Of a DNA stretch of 64,000 bases, positions 52,591 through 64,000 are shown in pieces (the stretch's first letter is position 1; each line of letters opens with the position of its first letter). Source of the DNA: Callorhinchus milii (taxonomy: Eukaryota); the NCBI RefSeq assembly GCF_018977255.1, contig NW_024704743.1, positions 4,900,001 through 4,964,000 on the forward strand, given 5' to 3'. Under the pieces are notes generated by a model, which was not told the DNA's origin, searched no databases, and saw only the letters and a program-made list of their open reading frames with translations. The position numbers were made by a program, and so were the translations under genes.

Positions 52591-54014
52591 ATATTACATT
52601 AGAACTGGTTCGAAAGGTGATCCTGTTCCTGAACCAGGTTCGTCAGCAGGACTTGGAGGAACAGTTCCGTCACTGGGGTATATATTCTTGCCACTCAGCT
52701 CCTGTTAACCTTGCAAGCTAAAGCCCTCACAGGTAAGGTGGTCCTCGCTGGATAAGCAGTAGGAAGAATGCCAGACAGCGCTCTCAATCCCCGGGATCCT
52801 TAAGCCTTAACAAAATGTGCCTTATACCCTCCAGAACAGCTAAGGCAGAGTGCGTGGGTCCTGTAACAGAGTATACATTCCATTCCAGGCACAGGAACAT
52901 TTCCTGTGTGGGCGGTAATACAAATGTGGAAACTCTCGGTCTGAATTAGATACTCTTACGCATGGTGATGAGTTTTCATATCTATTCGACACCCGGCTGA
53001 CCCCCAACAATTACATATATATGAAATTTCCATAAAATATGAATTAACCATCCACGGGCAGCATTCAAAGCTTCGGTAATTTGTGTTAACACATTGCAAG
53101 CATTTCGGGCACAAAACACAGTCAATCCACTTTACAGAACATCCTGTGAAGTGCTTTGAAACATCTCGACGATGGGATACGGCGCTATATAATGCAAGGA
53201 TTATTATTCTATATTATTATTCTGACACACGTTCAATGCAGCGATAAATCTAGTGAACTGCAAACAGCGTGAAATTACTAGGTGGCAGAGTTGTTAAATT
53301 AACTACCTCTGCTTATCCCAGCCTCCGAAATACCGTACATAAAGTGCTGTGAATTACTATCAGCCTTTGTCGGATTAAAGCTGCCATGACTCGAGTCTGT
53401 TGTTCTGTAATAGAGAGCATGAGTTCTGGTGCATTAAGGACATCACAAAGCAATTGCAGCGTGTTTATGGCTCATCATTAGTATTCTGTCCAATAATAAT
53501 TCAAGTGTTGGACTCCAGCGTAAACATTTCATCTGATATTGGAATGAATAACTGAGTGACAAAATATAAACCAAAGAGAAAGATCCAATTCCCCAAGTTA
53601 GTTGCACTTGAAAAAATGCATGAAGCATCAGAGTAGATCTGTTGGACAAAGCTTTGGTGAAAGTGGACGGATAAACATCAGATCTTAAACTGAGAACTGG
53701 TGACGAGATAGAACGATGGAGTTTCTCAGCTGCAAAAAAAGAGTCAATTAAATTAGTCCAAAATGTCGTGTGCAGTCACTGTAAATTGAATGTGTGTCTG
53801 TGCCCAAAATTCAAACTGGGTCGAGTCTGGATATGAAACCCAAATTGAAGGGTAGGATGGTCCGAGCTGGTCAAACAGCTTGTCAGCCAATGGTCTCAAT
53901 GGGCAGCTGTGCAATTTTATTAGGTTAAACTCTAACAATCCTGCAACGCACGCTCTGAAACCCCCCACCTCTCTCTCCCCCACCCCCACCCAACAAGCCT
54001 TGGCCTTTGCCAAC

Positions 54015-55082
54015 CTGTGCCTAATAATTCCTTCAAAAAATAATAATATTAATAAATTGGTCACTTCAATCCACTGCTGTTTGTGGGAACACTGCTGTGC
54101 GCAATTGGCTGCCGCGTTTCGCCCGCAAATACACAGTCAATTCACTTTACAGTCTATTCTGTGAAGTGCTTTGAGACGTTTCGAAGTGCTGATAAGGCGC
54201 TATATCAAATGTAAGGATTATTATTATTATTATTATTATTAAAGCCTACGATTAGGTAAACGGGGAGAGAGGGTCCACTCTATACCAGACACATGGAAAC
54301 CATACACATGTGAAACCCTCAATAGTTTGATTTGGAGGCTCTTAAGCATGGTGATGGAATGCCACTTGTGAGATAATAATAATAATATATAATAATAATC
54401 CTTGTATTTGATACAGCGCTTTTCATGTCTTCTAGACGTCTCAAAGCGCTTCACAGAATAGACTGTAAAGTGAATTGACTGTATGTACATTTGGTATTGT
54501 TCCTGCTCCATATTCCCTGCCTGGTGCACCCCACCATCAGCTGTTGGGCTTTCAGTCTCTCTGCCCCCACCCTTTGGAACTTCATCCCACAGTCCCTCCG
54601 CCTCGCCCCCACCCTTTCCTCCTTCAAGCCCCGTCTCAAGACCCTCTTCAATCGCGCATTTGGTCACCCTCCTAACCTCCCTGCCCTCCATCCCTCCTGA
54701 TCCCAACCCTCTGTTACCTCGGGTCCAAATCCCTGACTGTCAATGTGAAAGACGCTAAACAAATAATAATAATAATAATAATCTTTGCATTTGATATAGC
54801 GTTTTTCACGTCGGGAGGACGTCCCAAAGCGCTTCACAGAACACACTGTAAAGTGAATTGACTGTATATTTGTGGGCGAACGCGGCAGCCAATTGCGCAC
54901 AGCAAAGTCCCACAAACGGTCGTAGCTTGAAAATGACCAATTTATTTTTTTTGTTTGTTTTGTAGGGATTATTATTAGGCTCTGTGTGGAGTAAGGAAAC
55001 TTGCCCAAGGTTTCGCCCTCTGCCTGGAATTGAACTCAGGTCTCTCGCTTGCAAAGCGAGTGCTCTAACCAAATGTAATTTG

Positions 55083-55114
<32 letters not shown>

Positions 55115-55503
55115 GGTGGTATTGCACCTTTCAGTATTTGTGTATTTTGTAGGCAAAATGTAGCAGCTAATTTGCGCACAGCAGTATCTCACAAACAGCC
55201 ACAAAGTGAACGACTAATTCTATTTGGGGGCATTGTTGTCCAGGACACCAAGAGAAATTCCCTTTTGTTTTCGAACTGTGCCATGGGATCTTTAACGTCC
55301 ACCCAAACAGGCATTTGGTACCTCAGTTTAACATCTCATTCGAAGGAAGGATAAATCAAAAAATAAATAATAATAATAATAATCCTTGCATTTGATATAG
55401 CGCCTTATCGCGTTGTTGAGATGATTCAAAGCGCTTCACAGAATATACTGTAAGTGTAGTGACCGTGTGTTTTGTGGGTGAAACGCGGCAGCCGATTGCA
55501 CAC
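54015..55503. mobile_element. Dense repeat cluster: SINE-A (+54015-54240; -54385-54483; -54762-55070; -55365-55503), family X (54245-54372), L2 (+54500-54750), Deu-type SINE (-55130-55350)
   Basis: Each segment matches other copies within this window. Confidence 0.8.
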
Positions 55504-56409
55504 AACAACAGCAACAACAACAACAACAACAAGATTACATTTGTATAGCAGCCTGTGGTGTGCAATTGGCTGCCGCAGTGAATCTTGAGACTGACCAGAT
55601 GGACCACACTTCCGCATTCCAGTTGGGTTTCTATATATATACACCCAGCACAGTTTGCGCACACATGCATATCCTACTCTGCAAAGATGGAGCAAGCCTA
55701 CAATTCCGAATAGCTCATCCTTTTATACTGAATCTTCTATAAATAAAACATACCAGACTGCTTTGTCGGCTTGCGGGGACTGTTCAAGATCAACTGGGCA
55801 TTTCAACTTCTTGTAAACATTGGCGTCTCAGTAAATTTCTACATATGGCCATGGATCTGGTCCTGAGCTTACACTTGCCCGTTCTTCCCGAAGCCATTGC
55901 AACCAATGCCTACAGTAACGACTATGCTACGTCTCCACTTAGACATTTTAACGTTTTGTTTAGAAAAAAGAGTGATAAAATAACAAGAAGAAGAATCCTT
56001 GCACTTGATATAACGCCTTATCACGTCCCCAAAACTCTGGAGCACTCTTGCTCCATCCCTCTACCTCGCCCCCCACCCACCCCTCCTTCCCCACTTTCAA
56101 ATCGCACCTGAAGACCTTCCTGTATGACAGTGCCTATGGTCACCTCCCCCTCCCGCCCCAGCTCTGAGTCGTGCTCTGCTACTGTCAATGGGTCGCTATC
56201 CTATGTGAGAGGCGCTATACAAATGCAAGATGTTGTTGTTATCGTTGAGATGTCTCAAAGTGCTTCCCAGGATTTTACATGAATAGTGTAGTGACCGTGT
56301 ATTTTGTAGGCAACGTGGAAGCCATGCTGTGCACATCAATTTCCCGCAAACAGCCACAAAGGGAATGAGCAATTTTATCTGGAGGGTCGGCCATGAGACT
56401 GGGTGAAAC

Positions 56410-56682
56410 CACACGTCTCTGTTGACCTAGAGGTAATTAGGAACCCTGTTGTTGGTTGATCCGGAGTAATAATCCTTTCAAAAAAATAATAATAATAATA
56501 ATTTGTTCACTTCAATCCATGACTGTTTGTGGGACACTGCCGTGCGCAATTGGCTGTTGCGTTTCGCCCACAAAATATACAGTCAATTCACTTCACAGTA
56601 TATTCTGTGACCGGTAGAGATGCCTTGAAGACGTAATGAGGCCCTGTATCAAAGGCAAGGATTATTATTATTATTATTATTA
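56410..56682 (+). mobile_element. SINE-A long variant, 5'-truncated
   Basis: Central block, body and (att)n tail. Confidence 0.8.
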
Positions 56683-57584
56683 CTTCTTTTGTCAAACAAT
56701 TCCATTATTAATATTAATAATATCAATAATAATCAAAAAAAAGGTTATGGGTTCAAGCCCCATATCGGGAATTTCAACTCGCATGATAATAATAGTAATA
56801 ATAATAATAATAATAAAGTCCTGATATGGGGCTTGAACCCAACAGCCTTTTGACTCAGAGGCAAGACTGCTACTAACTGAACAGATGACACAGAAAGAAG
56901 GAGGAAGCTTTAATTGTGATACGTGAAAGACACCGGGCCCTGTCTCATCCTAATTGCTTCTTGTGCCTTCACCAACACGTGAAATTGAAAATGGTTATTC
57001 CTGTCCTGTCGAGGTGATGCAGATACCACCCAGAATACAAATGCCTGGTTATCCAGATGGCAGATTTTTAATTTAAAAGATTAATATGAATTAAGTTTAA
57101 TTAGCATGCATGCAAAAGCAAGGACGAGGCTGGCTGATTGACTGCGTGTTACATTTAAAAACTGATAGATGGTAATTCCTAAAACTTGCAAATGGATAAC
57201 AAATAGTGAATTAGTATGTAGAACAACAAGTGTTAATTTCCAACCAAAGCCTTCGCTTGAATGGGAAAATTCCTCTGGGTCCAGATTTACCCTAATTGCA
57301 AACATCTTAGAGCGGACAGAATTTCGAAGTTGTTGAAATCAGCCTTAATTTGAAATGCAAGGATTATTATTATCAATTTTAAAGTCCGTCGTTCTTAAAA
57401 GAAACGTACGAAAACAATGGCTTCAATAATTAAGTCGTAGTTAATAATTGGCCAAATTCTGGATGATCTGAAATGCTAAATGAATAGAGTAAATCTAGAA
57501 CCAGGTGAAATTTCTAGTTGCTAAGCACATCCATTTCACAGCATTTGGGCCCAAAATTACGTACTGTAGATCATGGTTGTTATA

Positions 57585-57785
57585 TATTTTTTGGTGAACT
57601 GGGTGTCTTACGCATGCGGAAATCCTTGACCGTGCTTAAGAGTATCCAAACCAAACTAAGAATTCCATGCATCCCACCTACACGTGGAAATTCCTGAGAA
57701 AAAATTGTTGGAATGGAATGCGCACTCTCTCCTCGGAGAGATGCATCCTGTTTACCTAATTCCAGAAAGTATTAGGCGCAGGTAT
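57585..57785 (-). mobile_element. Family X repeat, 5' part
   Basis: Reverse complement aligns with 61509-61651 plus 62091-62145. Confidence 0.8.
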
Positions 57786-59969
57786 CTTAGTTGACATTTA
57801 TTGTTAATTAAGATACCTGGCAGAATTTGTCTAGTGTTTGAAATAGTATATTTCTATATGACTGATCATTTATTTTGCTGTTCGGCATGTGATAAGGTGC
57901 TACATTAAATCCAAGGATTATTATTATTATACTCCAAAGGGTTATTTTTTGTAGCAAGAGAAAGACATAGCACCAACGGCCTTGAAGATTACTTGCAAAG
58001 TGGCTTATTGTCATAGAGATAATCCTTGCTTTTGATACAGCGTCTTATCTTATAGGATGTACTGTAAAGTGTACTCACTGTGTATTTGCAGCAGTCCATT
58101 TGCAATTTGCAATACCTCAAGCAAAAAGAATTGTGGCTGAAAAATAAGTTGAAAAGTATATCTTTACTTATAAACATTAAAGATCCCGCAACACTGTTGG
58201 AAAAGAGATGCTGGGCTGAAATGCACAAGGTAAAATTGGTCATTCATTTCATGGCTAATGGTAGGACATTGCTGTGCTTTTCTCAGCTACTGCATTCATC
58301 TACAAACGCAATCATAACACTTTATAGAAAAACATCTACAAAGCACTTGGGAGACGTTTTTACATTATAGGTTGCTCTATTAGTTATACAAGGATTATTA
58401 TCATTATTCAGAAGATATATCAATGTTTTTTGTCTTGATATTGGTTACTTAGTCCTAAGAGTTGCCCTTGTACCAGAATAATCAGTAACGTGGTAACACC
58501 TTCACTTGGCAATGTGTCTTTCTCAATCACCGCTGCCACTGACCCAACCATTGGAAAATGAAAAAACATGCAATAAATTAAGCAGTTTAATAGCATCCCA
58601 ATTACATTTGGCATTCACCCACAAAACACTCAAGTCAATCCACTTTATAGTAAATCATGCACAGCGTTTTGATGTGACGTGAAAGGCGCTATGTAAGGAA
58701 CATTATTCTTATTGTTTCACTTCGGCAATGCTAATTTTTAAAATTCACCGAAATATTCTTTTCCCAAGTGGGAAGGTACCTTCTGTGAAGCCACTCATCA
58801 CTGGCTTTGAATGAGTGCGAACAGCTAATGAGAATGAATAGAAATTGCTCACAGGCTAATTGTGCTTTAAATTCCCACCTGTCAGCTCTTTATTCTATTT
58901 GCGCACATTGATTTTGTTGCTGTTCAGTAAGATTGATACCGTGAATTATCACTCGACACAGCAGGGAGGCTGATGTAGTTGCAGTAATTACCTCTATTTA
59001 TACTCAGTCCGACTCCCAAGATTGCATTTGTCCCCACTGTCTGATCAGTTTGTTCTCATTGCACCCAGTTTCAGCCAGTAAGAATATTTCATGCTGAAAT
59101 TCAAGATTCATCAGAGTTGTGGAAAATTCCTAAAGTCTTGAATGTAATCTGAGTCTGAAAAATACACAAATATTTTCACGCACAAACTATTCAGTCAATT
59201 CACTTTACGGTATACTCTGTGAAGCACTTTGAGACGTCTTAATAATGTGATAAGGCGCTATATCAACACAATGCAAAACTACAATTTGTATAGCGCCATT
59301 CATGTCGGGAGGATGTCCCAAGGCGCTGGACAGTCAGGGATTTGGACCCAAGCGGGTGGAAATGGGGAGGAGATTGTGGTAAGGCAAGGTGGAGGGCATC
59401 CGTAGGCTCAGTCGAAGAGGAGGGCCTTGAGGCGTGACTTGAATAATAATCCCTCCAAAACCAAAAACAATAATAAATTGGTCATTTTCAATCTACGACT
59501 GTTTGTGGGACATTGCTGTGCGCAATTGGCTGCCGCGTTCGCCCACAAATATACAGTCAATTCACTTTACAGTGTGTTCTGTGAAGCGCTTTGGGACGTC
59601 CTCCCGACGTGAAAAGCGCTATATCAAATACAAGGATTATTATTATTATTATTTGAAGGAGGTAAAGGAGGGAGAGGCAAAAGGAATGTGGGATGGAGTT
59701 CCAAAGGGTGAGAGTGAATGGAAGGATTATTATTAAAAATCGTTTTCCAAACTAAGCTGGAATTTAAGATTTTTTTTTAGAATTCAGCGCAATGTTAAGG
59801 CAAAATGGCTTGCGGGCTAAAATATTGGGCCTCGGAAATTTCAGTCTCCACTGTTTATCTCCCATTGACTTTTAAACCTGTGCCTATGCTAGCCATTTTT
59901 TTTCCAATAAATTTTCGGATGTAACAATATCCAAATGTCACATCCGAGAACAACTTTTTGATTCGACAC

Positions 59970-60268
59970 GTCGATTCAATAACAGCTTTTAAGAGAAAAG
60001 TAGATAATTATTTGAGGGGGACAAGTTTGCAGGGCTATGGGGAGAAAGAGCGGGGGAGGGGGATTGAATTGGATAGCTCTTTTCAAAGAGCCAGCACAGA
60101 CACGGTGGGCCGAATGGCCTCCTTCTGTGCTGCATAATTCTATGACTTTATGATTATAATAATAATAATAATCCTTGCATTTGATCTAGCGCTTTTCACA
60201 TCTTCTCGACGTCTCAAAGCGCTTCACAGAATATGCTGTAAAGTGAATTGACTGTATATTTGTGGGCG
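59970..60268. mobile_element. CR1 3' end (+, to 60155) abutting a SINE-A tail (-)
   Basis: gggccgaatggcctccttctgtgctg...ttctatga; aataatccttgcatttgat. Confidence 0.85.
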
Positions 60269-61508
60269 ATTCTATGAATAAACCATGGCCTATCTGCCTC
60301 CTCAGTTGAATACTCCCATGGTATTATTCAGAAAGAAGAGGGAGTTTCTCCCAGTGTCCTGGCCAACAACCCCCCCCCCCTCAAATACATTTAGTCATTG
60401 TTTCATAGCTATTTCTGAGCCATTGCCGTGTGCAAAAGTAGCTGCTACATTTCGCCTATAAAATATACAGTTGCGACCCTTTGCACAATATAATATGAAG
60501 CACTTTGAGATGTCCCAAATGTTATAATTAATTCCAGTAACGTACAAATGGTTAACATCTGATGTATGTTTTTAATAGAAATGCAATGCAAAGGCAGTCA
60601 TATGGAAGAAGCAAGTAACTTTGAATGATATCAGGGGATACCACAGGTAAGACGTGGACTAGTTAACTGGCTTATAGGGAAGGAGGAGGGTGGCAGCTGT
60701 CATTGAAGCAAGGTCAAAATATGGAGAATGTGGTGCATAATATAGGAGCATATTATTGGGGTATATCAGATTATTTTCATATATGCCAATTCACCAGGGA
60801 AAGAGTGCAAAGGTTCTGGGTAGTGAAGGTAATTTAAGGACAAACACCAAAAGGAGTTTCTTTACACATGGTGCAATCGGCAGAAGAAGAAACCAGGAAA
60901 GGTGGTTGAGGACTCGTGTAAGATAGAGCTTGACACTGAAACAGGACAAAGGCAAGTTGAGCTTTCTGGAAAGATAAGATCAAATTGTTTCAAGCCCTCC
61001 TTCCTTCAAGTATTCCTTCGGTCCTTTAAGAATTGATCGAACGAAGAATGGAAGTTATGTTCAGCGCTTGAGGGCATCCTCCTGGCATGAAAGGCACTAT
61101 ACAAATATAATGTGTTGTTGTTAAAGTAGGCACCGGTTTGCCTTTTGCAACTCTAAACCTGTGTCCGCTTGTTCCATTTATTCTGTGCATCCTGAAGTGT
61201 TGTTATGCGTTTCCTTTCTCAATCCCATTTAAAATTTTATACACCTCTATGAGGTCCCCTCGGAAACATTTTCTTCTGTCTGGATGGGCCTGAACAGTGA
61301 GTCACTCACCCTAGAAATATTTACTTCCCAGACTTTCATATCATATAATAATCCTACAAGAATAATCCTTACATTTGATGTAGCACCTTTCATTTCAGTA
61401 AGATGTCTCAAAGCACTTCACAGTCTATCGATGGCAAGTTATGCGGTTTTAGACTCCAGCAGTTACCCCAACGCACACTCTGGGGTCCCCAAGCCTTGGC
61501 TCCTGCCA

Positions 61509-62340
61509 ACCTGTACCTAATACTTGCCGGAATTAGGTAAAGCAGGATGCATCCCTCCAGAGAGGGATTGCCCATTCCATTCCAACAATCTATCTCTGGG
61601 ATTTCCATGTGTAGTTGGGATGCATGGAATTCTCAGTTTGGATGCTCTTAGTAATATTAACAGTAATAATCCTTGCATTTGATACAACATCAACAACAAC
61701 AACATTCCATTTATAGAGCGCCTTTCACGTCGGGAGGACGTCCCAAGGCGCTGTACAGTTGGGTCAGGACCCGAGCAAGGGGGAAATGGTCAGGGTGAGG
61801 GGGGGGAAGGGAGGGAGCGAGGAGGGGGTAGAGAGTCGAGAGGGGAGCTGAAGGCACGGTCAAAGAGAAAGGTCTTGAGACCGGCCTTGAAGAAGGAAAG
61901 GGAGGATACAGCACCTTATCACATCTTCAGACGTCTCAAAGCGCTTCACAGAATACACTGTAAAGTGAATTGATTCTATATTTTGTGGGCAAAACGCAGC
62001 AGCCAAATGCGCACAACAGCGTCTCCACAAACAACTGTGGATTGAGTGACCAATTTATTATTTTTATTAAATTGGTTTATTATTGTTAAATCTTAAGCAT
62101 GGCGTTGGGTTTCCACATGGATCAGACATCCGGCTGACCCCCAAAAAATGATTCCATGATCATCACTGGAACCCTGAGCCCTGAGTCTATAGATTCTAAC
62201 AGTGTATTTTGTGTCGTTGTTTTGAATTGCACATTCATTTTTCATTCATTTATGCCTGGAATACACTCTTTGTTGAGTTTGTTGCATCCTTGATCCGTCA
62301 CTTAAGTGTAACCATTATTTTGGACCAGTTACAAGCCGAG
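61509..62340 (+). mobile_element. Family X repeat containing a nested SINE-A (-), which itself contains an L2 3' end (-, 61686-61904)
   Basis: tctta flanks the SINE; gataca (61681-61686 and 61905-61910) flanks the L2. Confidence 0.85.
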
Positions 62341-62649
62341 TTGACAGTAAAATCCTGCGAAGCACTCTGAAACTTCTCGATGATGTGATGAAGCGCTACA
62401 TCAAATGGAAGGATTATTAGTTATTTATTATTTAGTTGAAGGGAGTTAAAGCTTTTTAAGATCATCCATGACAGACAGTCTACAAGGCCAGCAGTGGCCC
62501 TAGTGTTGAGCGAGGAGGCAGAGGTCAGTCTCCTCGGCCTACAGGGCAATACATGCCGAAGTGGACAGAGGATGATATCAACAGCAGTGGGTTAAAGTGC
62601 ATTCGTCTATGAGGCAAAACTTTCCAAATTGCACTCATGGACATAACAT

Positions 62650-63022
62650 TAATAATTCATGCATTTGATATAGCGCCTCTAATGTCAAAACGAGCTTAAA
62701 GGGCTTCACAACATTTATGACTGTATTTTTTAGGCGAATGGGGAAGAAACTCCCTTCTCTTTTTGAATGAAGCTCTGGGGTATTTAACATCTACCTGTAT
62801 AGGAATTAGGACTTCAGTTTGGTGCCATTTTGGATGGCACCTTTGACAATGCAGAACACCCCATCCTCTCCACCACACGCACAATAAATAGAGTGTGAGT
62901 TTGAAAGCACCTCCAACAATACTTCACTCCCCCAGCTCTGCACTGGAGTGCCAGCTTAGACTGTGAGCTCAATGTCCCAACGTGAACCGACAACATTTGA
63001 CTCACATTGGAGCCAAGCTGAC
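62650..63022 (-). mobile_element. Deu-type SINE, degenerate
   Basis: aactcccttctc...tatttaacatctacctg...cactggagtgccagc...gagccaagctgac. Confidence 0.65.
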
Positions 63023-63374
63023 CCTATTGGCACCCGGGTATTAGTTATGTTAGTACGAATATCCTGCACAGCTGTGCTATTATAAGTCACTTGCATTTTA
63101 CAACTTTTAAACATAACAATCTTAAGTTCAAATCATATCTATGAACAACTCCAGATTTTCTCATTCTCATCCAAAGCACTTAATTGTTTTGTTGGCTTGT
63201 AACCCTATCTGTTCCATTAATCAATATAACATGGGTTCCAAAAGAAACTTACACAACGCTCCGCCCTCCATCTGCTGACCGGGCAAAAAACTAATTCTCT
63301 TAGTGTAGAAACAAAGCACAAACAACCAGATAGAGAGGCTCCACCCTTTATCCAAAAGGAAATGAATAACTGGG

Positions 63375-64000
63375 CAAAAACTTAGGCAAGTCCCCTTACT
63401 CCAGATGCCTCTGTTTACCCAGCAGTAAGTATGAACCTGGTTGTTAGTTGATTATCGGATCACTTTCTGGGGGTAATAATCCCTTCAAAAAATGTTTTTA
63501 AATAATAATTGGGTCACTCATTCCATGAATGTTTCTGAGGACACTGCTGTGTGCAATTGTACAATCACTTGACTTTACAGAATATTCTGTGAAGCACTTT
63601 AACAACAACAACAACAACAACAAGATTTCATTTATGGAGCGCCTTTCACGTCGGGAGGACGTCCCAAGGTGCTGGACAGTTGGGTCAGGACCCGAGTAGG
63701 GGGGAAATGGTCAGGGTGAGGGGAGGGAAGGGAGAGAGCGAGGAGGGAGTAGAGAGTCGAGAGGGGAGCTGAAGGCACGGTCAAAGAGAAAGGTCTTGAG
63801 ACCGGCCTTGAAGGAGGAAAGGAAGGAGGCGGCGAAGGCACTGGGGATAGAGTTCCAGAGCCTCGGGGCTGAGAGGCTGAAGGCCCGGCCACCGATGGTA
63901 GGGCGGTTGGGGCGGGGGATGTGGAGCAGAACGGAGCCAGAGGAACGGAGGGTACAGGCAGGTAGGTAGGGGGATAGGAGGTCGGAGAGGTAGGAGGGAG
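63375..64000. mobile_element. SINE-A long variant (+, 63375-63600) cut by a young L2 3' fragment (-, 63601 to window end)
   Basis: SINE tail stops at gaagcacttt, then (aac)n and L2 sequence near-identical to 45355-45766. Confidence 0.9.

Noticed and set aside
53275..53290. Third CTCF-like motif (ttactaggtggcag)
   Set aside because: Lacks the conserved CC at the motif start; too weak without data

Overview
This is eukaryotic, vertebrate non-coding DNA, most likely from a cartilaginous fish (shark or chimaera). That assignment is an inference from the repeat complement, not a database match. I recognise no cellular protein-coding gene; the window reads like a large intron or gene desert. Almost all long ORFs in the track are either low-complexity tandem-repeat translations or decayed L2/CR1 LINE ORF2 fragments. 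The dominant content is about 30 copies or fragments of a young tRNA-Ala-headed SINE with an L2-type 3' tail (three structural variants), older Deu-type (SacSINE1/AmnSINE1-like) SINEs, a MamSINE1-like SINE, many L2 and CR1 3' ends, one Penelope remnant carrying a decayed hammerhead-ribozyme core, and several mini- and microsatellites. Items worth follow-up are an unclassified hairpin-rich interspersed repeat at 8 loci, a T-shaped nested palindrome at 35.0-35.2 kb, a repeat-free CpG-enriched island with splice-like signals at about 4.7-7.4 kb, a divergent CTCF-motif pair flanking a perfect 20-bp hairpin, and several enhancer-like unique blocks. I found no convincing novel multi-gene system. Repeat boundaries were read by eye and are approximate (about 10-20 bp).
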